The notes beneath the pieces are model-generated. The model was not told where the DNA came from and made no database searches. It saw nothing but the letters and a program-made list of their open reading frames with translations. Below, one piece after another: positions 39,155 through 50,202 of a stretch of DNA of 64,000 nt. Source of the stretch: Pecten maximus (taxonomy: Eukaryota); NCBI RefSeq assembly GCF_902652985.1, contig NC_047024.1, forward strand, positions 21,452,001 through 21,516,000, read 5' to 3'. How positions within the stretch are numbered: the first letter of the stretch is position 1; each line of letters begins with the position of its first letter. The position numbers and the translations under genes were made by a program.

Positions 39155-40563
39155 TAATGAAACATTTGAATTAGAAACATCATAATCATGTCCACAAGTA
39201 CCTGTGTTCCTACACTGCTCTGAGACAGACATATTGTCGTCCAGGGTATCGTTTCACAAAGCTTCGTAACTTACGAACGTTCGTAAATATTTACGAAAAG
39301 GTTACGCAAAACTTACGAATTTCGTAAGTGCGTTTCACAAAGGTGTTCGTAACTTTTTTCGTATCTTACGTCAAAATCGTACGTTCTCCCGGTAAAAATA
39401 TACCACTCTCTAACTTGGAGGTAAAAAAGGACGACACTTCTAGGGTGAAAATTGTACGCCGGTCCTATTCCCGGGTCACGTACACAGACTATGAACTTTA
39501 ATTGTTCTATCAAAGCAACCCTATTATTGAGAGAAGATCATTTTTTCTATAAAATTCCAATTCTAATTGTTTATCATGCGTTAAAACAAACAGTAACAAC
39601 GCAATTTTCACAGATTTTGCTCAATGCTCAAAGACATACATAATGTTCTTAAAATAGACCATATGTTGGCACAGTCTGCTAATATGCGTACAATTAGTTT
39701 CATGACAACGTGTATTTTGCCGGCATCCCTCCTCGACTTTCAAAACCCGGTTTCCACCTCGAAACAATCGCTCACAAGGCATATTCGTTCTCTTATGATA
39801 ATTTGTAAATGAGTACGACGTCATTTTCTGTTCAAAAGGGCATGCCTGCGCACGATTTTAAATTGTTTTCGTAAGTCCGGGGCCTTAGGGACATCCGTGT
39901 GCATTTTTTGAAGAAAGAAAGAGACTATGTGCAATCTAATATATATGTGATGGCATTGAAGAAAAAGTATGCCTTGCCTCCTAAACCCGCGACTGGGGTT
40001 TTTTATGACGTCATCAACATTTGGTGGTTAAGTTTCATACATAATTTTTCGTTAACTCGTATAAATCGATCGATTCAGAAGATTTTTTTTTATAATTTTA
40101 TCTTTTATTATACAATATATGCTTTAGGGAAACATGAGATTAACTTTGGTGGTGCTAAAAGAGAATAAACATGATGAAATCACTTAAAAAAGGGAAAATA
40201 TGTCATATTTTTTTGCTAAGAATTGGTTTCGTTTATGTGAAAAAACCTTAAAGACAAAAATGATTATATATTTCTTGCCTACATTTTGCTATTTTTATAT
40301 ACAGCAATTATAAAGAAGGACATTTAAACATAAATGGCGAGTAAATATCATCTTAACTTAATAAATATTGAAAAAGATTTGCCCTACTCCCAAAATAATC
40401 CAATTTTGAATATTTAACAAAAATACATATTTTTTGTCCATCAGCAGGGATGTTAACATTTTATCCTATATGATCTAAGAGTTGTCAAATGGGGAAACTA
40501 TAGCGGTAATTGTCAAATCATAAACTAACATGAGCTAGCGGACCGTGTGATATTTCACGGACT

Positions 40564-43500
40564 CTATACAAGAGGGTCATCAACGTAGTCATCGATGATA
40601 TAATTATCTGGAATGAAGTTGGCGCAATCTTGCTCCTCGGCTCCACACTCACATAGTTCCGTGCATACTAGGTTGTTTGCCTTACACTTGCACCGGTTAG
40701 AGCAGCACCTTGTTCGCAAACACGAACACTTCACAAGCTCAATTAAAGCAATGGGTGCTGGCAGCAAAGTCGTCATGACTGGCTTGTAACTTCCGTCGAC
40801 AAGACTCCAACCATACCGTGCAGGGTCTGGCAGTGTTGCGTTGGCTTGGTTGTTGGAGCACCATACGACGACCTGGTAATGGGCTCTCTTAAATGCCTCA
40901 GTCAATGCTGCGCGTGTTGGTGGGAGTTTTTCCGATTCGCTTTGCTTTGTTCGAAACAAGTGCCATCGGATGCTTGACACTGAAGTCATCTTGGTACTTG
41001 GACAATACACTTTACACACAAATGCTTCTAGTAATAGAAGTTGTTCCTCGGATAGAGTTGAACATGTGCCCATGTCTCCAAGCACTTTCAGTGTATTTTG
41101 ATCTGCCCGCTGATATGCTTTCCAGAATGACAACTTCCCTTTCCCAACAAAAGCGCCAGTGTTGTCCGCACCAGAGATAGCATGAAGAGCCGGTAAAGCC
41201 GACGCCTTAAGTTCTCCAAGGCTTTTATGTATTTCGTTCACAGATATATCACGCCGGTGTTCCTTCACTCCAGTACAGAAGTAGGTGTAGTTCGAAAGTT
41301 CGGGAGTTCTATGAACTGCAAGAACAAGCACATCTGTATCCTGTGAAAATATGCAAGTGCGGACATCGTTTATACGGTGCTGGGCATCAACCGAATGTAA
41401 TATCAGCTTCGTGTCTGCCTCTTCTTGCGAACTGGCCAGATGGGTAAAATCTCCAAATGAACTCGAACACTTATCACGCCATGCAACCACTATCCGCAAA
41501 TTCATCTGCTTACCAAACTCTATAAGCTTGGTCGACAGGTATGCTGTTAATTCATCTTTGGTGTCATTTGCCGATAAAAGCTGTTTCATCGTTATGTTTC
41601 CTATCTGGGTATTGTCTGCTATATGATATGATATCTCGGTTCCTTTTCCAAGTCGTTTTGTTCGAGTGGCTTGCTTGAGAGATGAATCGATATCATACCG
41701 ATCAAAGACAACATGCGTTTCGTCGAATGCATAGAAGTACTTTCTTGACAATGAATTAAGAAAGTTGTCGGCAAGGTCCTCGCAGGATTTCACGGATGGA
41801 GGCTTGAACAGGCTTTGAACTTCTACCATACCATCAACGACAGCAATCCCCCTGTGTGCCGATTCTTTGATGTGCTCGCCAGTTTTGATAAGACCTTCTA
41901 GCAACTTCATTAACTGGCTTTTGCAGGAGATGTGTAGCATTGAGCCATCCATTGAAAACAGTGACCGCGGTACAACTGACAGTTCGTATGTGCCTAGTGT
42001 TTCTTGCAGTGGTATTTCGGGTCGAGAACGAGCAACGATGAGCATCCTTGCAAATAAGTTTCTGTCCTCCCGTAGTTCAACTACTCTATCGCCGCTTACG
42101 ATCGAGGCTTTTTTTGCGCTGTGCTTCCATGTCAATAACTTAAGCTTTTTAATGGGACCTCATACACTGATTCCATTCTCTGTTTTAAGCCTCTCTTCCA
42201 CAAATCCCACATAAGCTTTTTGGCCAAGTTCGTTGACATTTGCGATATCGTTTGTAACATCGATTGGCATGACAGCCCTTGTCATGATGTTTACCGCTGC
42301 CTTCTCTTCCGTTTTGAATGGATCACTGTGTGATTGAATGGTCGCCTTCAGAGCCTGCACATCCCTTTCCTGTCTGTGCATTCGGGGTAAGTTCAGGTCG
42401 TGATGAGATGTAGATTTATCTGCTTTCGTTCCTGACATTTCAGATGTTTCCTTTGCTAAAGCAGACAGGTGTGGCGAAACAAGGAAGAAGCGAGAACGAG
42501 CATTTTCATTGAGGGTTATTCCGATGAGACCACCCGATACCTTCATTATTTTGTTGATATGCTCTAGAGCATGGTCCGGCCCGATTGCACAAAACGGCAC
42601 TTGATTCTTATTCACAACCCAGTTGCCACTTTCAAATTCCTTCCATAGATTATCATCTTGTTCCTTTAGTTCTTTCATTTCTGCAAGATACAAGGGAACG
42701 TGTCTGGCGTAAACAAGTTTGTCCATCGCGAAGAAGTACTTTGTGAATGTGTCTAGTGATGAAAGATGAAGCTGCCAATCGCCTGTATGAAATGCGCGAA
42801 TAAACTGAAGCAACAGTAACACCATTTTCATGTAGTGTTTTACCACCTTGAACATCGGTCTTTCTGCGCACATTTCTCCATCAAAGTCGTGAAATTTTCC
42901 ATTGATTCTCTCTTGTTCCATTGCACCTATGAATGCATCATGGGCTATCTGAACCTCCTCGTAATGCTCACGGTTTAATGACAGCTTCTGAAGGTTGAGA
43001 GACATGCTAAGCAAATCGAGCTCGGGTCCATTTCTGTCCAGAAATTGTGAAAAATATAGGTCAAACAGAACCAAAAGGGTGGTTGTATGTGCATCTAGTG
43101 ACCTACGGATATGTTTTGCGTCTAACACATGCTTACATGTGATAGGTCCGTACATGCCACTCTCTACCCACGCAGCGTCGATGCCACTATTTTCGATATA
43201 GGTTCCTATTGTACGACACATAGCCATCACTGTGTGTAATTCTCCTGGTCTTAGAACGAATTGGTTACGGCAGTCATCATGGGTAAGAAGCAGCTTCATT
43301 GCCGGTTGGTAGAGTCCCATGTCCAGTGTGATAACTGTCTTTCGTTGTTCACCAACTACAGCTGTGTTGATACCTTGTGCCTGTTTTAGAACGGTCAACA
43401 GTGTTTGCCATTCATGAGCGGGGGCTGCGAGTAAAGGAGGAGTTGCTACGCGTGTAACTGGTAGAGCCTACGTAAGGAGACTGTTGTATGCAGCCCATGT

Positions 43501-45371
43501 AGGAAGAGTGGCAATTGGTTTTTGGTTTGTCAGTTGCTCTTCAAGTTGACCACTTTCTGATAAAGCATCCGATACAGACCGTCGTAAAGTTGCACCAGCT
43601 AGCAGCCACGCCATATCGTCGTTCTGTGTAAGCTCATCAGGACATGCCTGTGGTTGAAATCCTAGCAATTTCGTTCTTGGCTTGAAAGATTTCGAAATGT
43701 TGCACGGGAGTAGTTCTGTAAGAAATCCCGGAAGTGGCAACATAGCTTTCCCGTCGTCAGATTCATCTACCTGAAGAGGCCAATGTTCGTTTGTTGGCTT
43801 TACCTGCTGGTATATTGCCATCGCGGTACCATGTAGGGTGCGCTTTCCGTCCGCGGTGTCTTCGGCAAAGTCGCAATTGTCTATAGCAAAGAAGACATGG
43901 CGTCCGTGTATGAAATCATGAGGCATATATATCCCATTGTTCTCGATCATACGTTTGATAACAGTATTCGCTATTTGGTTTTCAATTCTGAGCACACGCT
44001 TGTAGTCAACAGAAAGGGCAAATCCGTGTAGCATGTCGATGAGTTTTTTGCTGCGAAAAGCTTGATGGATCGCAATTCCTAATCCCAAAGGTTGTGGAAA
44101 TTCCCGTGATTTTCTCACTGTCGCATTTAGCGATTCAGTTTTAGTGTTAACTTGCTTGCTTGATAAACAAGCATACATTATATTTTGTGAAAGAGAAAGT
44201 GCTTTCTGTTCTACGTAGGCCTGTCTTGATGGTGATTGAACATTATCGGTGGTGCCGGTGATCACACATCTGTAGAACTTTAATAGCTCATCTGGAATGT
44301 TTTCCGACGTGGTACTCCCCTCGAGTGTACCAGTAAATACCCACTGTTTTGAACTTAAAATCAAGTTTCTAAGATGAAGTGCGGTTTTTGAGGTTTTCGA
44401 AGCAATGTCACTGTCGTCCTGTGCATTAGACACGGCTAAACATGTGGTTGTTTTGGACACAAGTCTTTCAGATTCATTGGACTTCAACGATGGAATAAAA
44501 TCGGCGTCACATAATTTCTGAGTCAATAGTGATTTTATTGTTCTTCGGTCTGTAATTAGTTGTTGAACATTGTAAGTGTTCTGTATGTCGACATAACTCT
44601 TCACTAAATCTGACAATAACAGCACGTTCCCAGTATCCAACGAATGTTTAGTTTGTTTTAGAAATTCAACTTCTGCTATCGCACTACTGCTTACTTCTTC
44701 TTCCGTTTTCTTGATATTCTCTTCCTTTCTGTTTAAGTTTGTTACATGTTCGCACCAACATTTTTTATGATAAACAACGTCAATTGATAGCGCGTCGGAA
44801 GGGTCAATAGCTTCACAGAGTCTTACTTTCAGCTCATCATTTTTCCCATTTTCGATAGCATGTCTTAGATTCCGCCCAGCATTTTCAGTTGATACACTGT
44901 GTAATGGATACTTTCTGGTGGATGGTTTACAGCAAAAAAAGCACGTTGTTTTATTGTACGGTGTTTTCAATGATCGCGTGAAACTCTTGTTTAGCTCGTT
45001 GCTTTCTGAAGATTCTCTGAATGAGTTTTTTTCGTATGCTTGTTTTAATGCATGTATATTTTTTGTATTTACTGTTATATTATAACAACGCCTGTGCCAG
45101 GTGACCAGATCCTGTGTTTTTACATTATCTCGCACTATCCTATGGTATAGTTCTGAGTATTTTCCATCGCCATATATACTTCTGTGTTCAATTGCAGTAA
45201 GTAATTTTTCTCTGCTTTTTGGATTGATCGTTAGTTTTTCTTCGGTTATAGTTTGACATACAATGCATTTTTCAAAGTTTGTTATGATTTGCTGTCGCTT
45301 GTAAGATGACTTAGATGAGTGTTCCGCATTAGTGCTCTTTCTTTTGAGTGAAACCGATTCAGAACCATTTC
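40564..45371 (-). pseudogene. Academ transposase / XPG-like nuclease / Cys8 (CXC) protein, ~1600 codons, two in-frame nonsense codons
   Basis: ORFs 43468-45135, 42160-43398 and 40564-42135 share one frame, broken only by TAG 43468-43470 and TGA 42160-42162. The frame stays open up to an acceptor at 45372-45374. Motifs: CIVC..HRRC and CFFC..HKKC fingers; AIDNCD, ITLD, GELH, DHALE (DDE-like); VVDG, VFDRY, EEADTK, DTDV, SGAD..GKGK (XPG/PIN with H3TH); CSC..CC..CKC..C..CEC. Confidence 0.9.
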
Positions 45372-45536
45372 CTATAACATAACAAACACACTGCTTTAAA
45401 TTGCGACCAAATTTTACTATCGGATATAATACGCTATATTAGTCCGATGATAATTAGAACTGTCGCCAGGATGGCTGACTAATACCCCCGCAATCTGCAC
45501 GAGTCAGTGGTGAATTGGAACTGTTAATTAGAGGCT

Positions 45537-45923
45537 AACTAAGATAACCCAGCAATATAGTGACCAGTTGCCATAGCAACCATATTTTTGAGGAAAAGAA
45601 AGTGGCATGCACATCTACACATTGTCCTATATATTTGTGTAAAGTTTCATTGAAATCAGCCCTTTGGTTTAAGAGTTGTCAGGACAAACTTAAAGTTATG
45701 GTTCTTATTGGAAAACCTGTTTATAGTGACCAGTTGCCATAGCAACCATAATTTTGAGAAAAAGAAAGTGGCATGCACATCTACACATGATCATTAATAT
45801 ATGTGTGAAGTTTCATTGGAATCGGCCCATCGGTTAAGGAGGAGTTGTCCGGACAAAATGTGTCTACAGACAGACGGACGGACGGATTCCAGTATACCCC
45901 CCTAACTTCGTTGCGGGGGTATA
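45537..45923 (+). mobile_element. HINE/pearl-like (Helentron-associated) non-autonomous element inside the Academ 5' region
   Basis: Two ~166-bp core repeats (45557, 45723), (GACA/GACG)n tract, and 3' hairpin ataccccc...gggggtat. Confidence 0.75.
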
Positions 45924-48618
45924 CTTACAGTGTGGGTATGTATTATGTACGATAACTTAGGATGCAAATGTAGTTAATAACATTATACCAATTAAATTTT
46001 AGCAAATAAATTTGTTATATGATCTAAGATGTCCGTATGCTTATGTCCGGTTCTCATGAAAACGACCCGATTCGATAAAATAAATACCAATCATTCATTT
46101 TATTCAGTATTGTTTGAGGAAGTGAAGATTTTCTGATTTTCTGTAAAAACACCCGATAATCTGCTCCAACACATTCGCACCTTAACTTGTAAATAAAAAC
46201 TTTTTTTTTTCATTTCTTATTAGTTTTGGTTGCGTATTCCGAATATCTATATCTCGAGAAATATTAAAGTAATTTGTAGGCTGTTTCATTATACATTTTG
46301 TAGTTATATCAATAAAGATGGACGACTCTTTGTGAGGAAACATCGTAGATCCTGTGTTCTTTATGTTCGTATAAAATTTCATAAATTATGCCTATGTCAC
46401 AACTCACATTTTCATGGGACTAGATGTAACACTATCAGCTTATTTGCACATTCTAATCATTTATTCATAGTTACTATTATGAAAAAGCAAATTAAGAAAT
46501 AACCTTTGTATCTGATATAAAAAATATCAATCGTATTCCATTGTTTTCTTCATTAAATGAATCTATAACAACCTATCATTGTTTTCCCTATGTGCTTGTT
46601 ACAGAAAATAACGGTAAAAATAGCACTTATTTTTGTTTATTAATTATTTTGATAGTAAAAATAGCAAATATATACATGTATTTATTCTATTAATTAACTA
46701 TTCCATTTTTACAGCGTTATTGTTCAAAATAATTGCTCAAATCGTCTAAAATGGTCCACACACAGGGGCACGTCGTAAGTCTAGTAGGACTAACTCTTAT
46801 TATGGTATTGTATACACTTTGATTTATGGCCAATAACAAGTCATTTGATAAACCGACAACTCAAATTCATCTGATATTAATTATAGTTTTATAGTTAAAG
46901 TGTATCCAATGTGATAGCCAGACGATCGTTAGGCCTATAACGTTAGAGACGTACCCCTGTTGTCCGACTCTGCCGTTACCAACACCGGCAGTAGGCATTC
47001 CGGCAATAATACATAGCTTGTTTCGAGCTCATGGCTGTTTCATTGCATTTTTATATTGCAGTTACATTTAGATCTAGTATAAATTACCTGAAATGCTCAT
47101 ATTGGTCTTAAAACCAGCATATTTCTTTCAATAAAGGCCGCCAATAACTTGACCGGAAGTCTAGGATTACACGAAAATAACTAAAAGGAACCGACCGTCG
47201 GATCCGGAAACAAAAAAATCTCGAAAAGACCGATCTAAAAAAAAATCATTTAAAAATCGATTTTATACGAAATACTGATATATTTGATTTGATGATGTTT
47301 GGTTAATATCAATTGTGTATCTAACACCTTAATGACATCATAAAGATGATAAGTTTTTGGATATAGCGAAACTATATGTACCCTAACCCTAATTTCAGCT
47401 ATGAACCTGACACTAATATTCCAAATATTATATTATTGTCGGGATATATTTTAACACATTAAATTCTGCAAAATTGATCATATACGTGCTTACGATATTC
47501 AACAAGTTTAAACTTTTTAAATGGTAAAAATAACAACATAGTGTGGTTTATTTTTGGTCTTTTGTGTAACTGGTATAAGCGTCATCGGCCATCTTTGTGA
47601 CGTCATACTGACCACTGGTCGCGGCTTCAAGAGACAAGGCATTGTTTTTCTGACGCTAACAAGTGTCCTTAACAAAATGGTATATGCCTTGATATTTCTT
47701 CACGAAATGCACACGGGAGCATTTTTCACGACCTAAGGCCCCGGACAGGGTTAATATGGTGTAAAGTTACGCAAGGTTTTTGCGTAACTTACGAACGTTC
47801 GTAAGTTACGAAGTTTTTGTGAAACGCTTAGTAATTCGTAAATGTGACTTACGCAAATTTCGTAAGTTACGAAGCTTTGTGAAACGATACCCAGATCTAC
47901 GTTATCGCAGCTAGTATTTCTTAAAAAAAACATGTATCATGGGTCAGTGATAGTATGCTGAAATCCGATCGTTTATCTTATAAAGCTAACAAAACTATCG
48001 TATCTGTTAGTCATAGTGGTCATTCCGACATTCGTGATGTTTACTGTACTCTTCCCTCACAAAGAATCTACAGAATTTGGAATTTTTGGAATAATATTAA
48101 CTGCAGTTGGTTATAGTATTAATAATAAAGACTCATGTCATAGACATCTATATTCAGTTCTCATAGCTAATTACAATTCGAATATTTTCAAATCTAAATG
48201 GTCCATCATTAGGGAGTACCCCAACAGGAAAGACATTTCATGACAATTTTTACAACTGATGATTTAACCAGCTTGTCTTAATCTTCAGCTATAAATGCAA
48301 CCTTTTCAAATCATTTTATGTAATGTACACAAAGCTGTGAAACTTTTGTGTTATATTGATAAATAGTCCGAGTTTTCTCTGGCCCTGTCACCATGTCTGG
48401 TGTAGGGCCGGAGCGCGCTACTATATGAAAACATGGAATTATATTTACCATTGTATGGCACTGCCACTATATAACCCTACCAATTCAGTTGCGAGTTCAC
48501 CAGCCTATGAACTGCCAACAGGAAGTGATCTCTGCTACTGGTAAGCGCGGGAAATTTGAATTTGAAAATTTCAAAACAAAAATCGCATGACAAATAAAAA
48601 AATCGCAGATGGTAAATA

Positions 48619-48689
48619 TAAGAATTGAACGGCTTTCAGTTGGCATTCATAGTCAATATGAATGCCAACTGAAAGCCGTTCAATGCTTA
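48619..48689. mobile_element. 71-bp palindrome (collapsed MITE)
   Basis: attgaacggctttcagttggcattcata / tatgaatgccaactgaaagccgttcaat. Confidence 0.7.
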
Positions 48690-48771
48690 AATATCCGACA
48701 CCGTTTAGTGTCGCTAAGAATTTGGTGCAAATACAATAAAATCAGATGTGACATAACACCTACCTTACATA

Positions 48772-49191
48772 TGTAACAGAGCGCATGATTAATTAAATTT
48801 AAATCACTGCTTCCGCTAGGGATCGAGCCCGGGACCTCTGGCTTACTAGTCTTACACTCAACCGATCGAGCTAAAGAGAAGATCTCTCTAGCCGAGCGGT
48901 ATATTTCGGCTAGAATTTACCAGGGTTACATACTCCCCTCCAGGAAAGAACTCGTCCTCGAGTTTCCAGGAGTAACAGCGATGCTTGTGGAGCAATCCTG
49001 AGTATTTTCCCCGGGTCCCTACATGGGCGCCAATGTAACAGAGCGCATGATAAATTAAATCTAAATCACTGCATCCGCTAGGGTCGAGCCCGGGACCTCT
49101 GGCTTGCTAGTCTTACGCTCAACCGATCGAGCTAAAGAGAAGATCTCTCTAGCCGAGCGGTATATTTCGGCTAGTATTTACCAGGGTTACA
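48772..49191 (-). mobile_element. Complete TRIM with tRNA-like sequence in both LTRs (Helenus-like)
   Basis: LTRs 48772-48930 and 49034-49191 (TGTAAC...GTTACA, ~96% identical); 103-bp internal region with PBS TGGCGCCCATGTAGGGAC and PPT GGAGGGGAGTA; 4-bp TSD CATA. Confidence 0.92.
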
Positions 49192-49397
49192 CATATATGG
49201 ATAAATCATATATCTATTTACCCAAGAACACCCATTTAGTCCCATCTAGGTGTTTTATTTCGTCCGTATAAATTTATAAATAATGAATTTTTGAATTTGA
49301 TATAATTCACACAGGTTTTGGGAAATGATAAGCTTAGTTTTCTTAATTTAAACTATGCAAGAAGAAAAACACAATAAAGCATATGTGGTCTTTTCGG

Positions 49398-49823
49398 CAA
49401 TCTAATTAAAATCTAGATGGTCATTATCACTACGTTACATGAACATCTAACAACATCCCATATGGGGTCACGTCAGGGTGACCTTTTGGATTAGCCAATC
49501 AAATGACTACTTCCAGAATCTTGGAAGTGAATTTTATATGTCCGAATTAGCATGACTAGAGTGCATTGCTTGTATAATCTGTCAATTTGTTTCAAGTCAT
49601 TTCGTCCCAATAAGCATTTAGCTTATACACTGTGCCGAAATGGTTTGCTTCAGATGCAGGCTGTGACGAAATGGTTTGCTTCGATGACATCGACAAAATG
49701 CCAATTCGCCCTGAAAGTGGAATACACACATCTAAGAGGTCATCAGAACGTGACCCCTTATGGGATGTTGTTAGATGTTCATGTAACGAAGTGAGAATGA
49801 CCGTCTAGATTTTAATTAGATTG
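49398..49823. mobile_element. MITE with ~85-bp TIRs and 9-bp TSD
   Basis: CAATCTAATTAAAATCTAGA.../...TCTAGATTTTAATTAGATTG; TSD TCTTTTCGG at 49389-49397 and 49824-49832. Confidence 0.9.
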
Positions 49824-50034
49824 TCTTTTCGGTCCATTGCATTCCGATTCCGGTGGTGACAGGGCCAGAGTAAAATTGGGCTTATTAATAAAATGAAAAA
49901 TAATTTTAGATAATCAAAATGTTTACCAATTGCATACCATATACTACTTTTTGAAGTATATATTTATATATATATATCATTAATATCTTCAATATCTTCA
50001 ATAAATATTAATATTGCTGTGAAATTGTTTATAT

Positions 50035-50202
50035 TGTAACCCTGGTATTAATACTAGCCGCAATATAGCCCTACCGCTCAGCTAGAGAGATCTTCTCTTT
50101 AGCCAAATTGGTTGAGTGTAAGACTAGTAAGCTAGAGGTCCCGGCTTCGATCCCTAGCGGAGGCAGTGATTTAAATTTATTTAAGCATGCACTCTGTTTA
50201 CA
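50035..50202 (+). mobile_element. Solo LTR of the same tRNA-bearing TRIM family
   Basis: Reverse-complement match to 48772-48930; TG...CA ends; ATAT TSD at 50031-50034 and 50203-50206. Confidence 0.88.

Larger units (their letters stand above)
39875..47754 (-). mobile_element. AcademX-type DNA transposon, ~7.9 kb
   Basis: Imperfect ~150-bp TIRs (gtccggggccttagg...ccgtgtgcattt...atgccttg...tatgacgtca at both ends) enclosing the transposase-XPG-Cys8 ORF. Confidence 0.8.
39245..47891. mobile_element. PIF/Harbinger-type non-autonomous element, interrupted by the Academ-like transposon
   Basis: 33-bp perfect TIRs GGTATCGTTTCACAAAGCTTCGTAACTTACGAA; CAG TSD at 39242-39244 and 47892-47894; subterminal TTCGTAA/TTACGAA repeats. 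Confidence 0.85.

Noticed and set aside
40893-43201. Plus-strand ORFs overlapping the Academ gene
   Set aside because: Antisense shadows of a long coding frame with no independent motifs.
42160-43470. Programmed readthrough or selenocysteine at the two Academ stops
   Set aside because: One stop is TAG, and the TGA is most simply TGG>TGA; no recoding signal was seen, so ordinary nonsense mutations are more parsimonious.
48808-50165. Bona fide tRNA-Thr genes
   Set aside because: Acceptor and anticodon stems pair poorly and the sequences are embedded in LTRs with TSDs.
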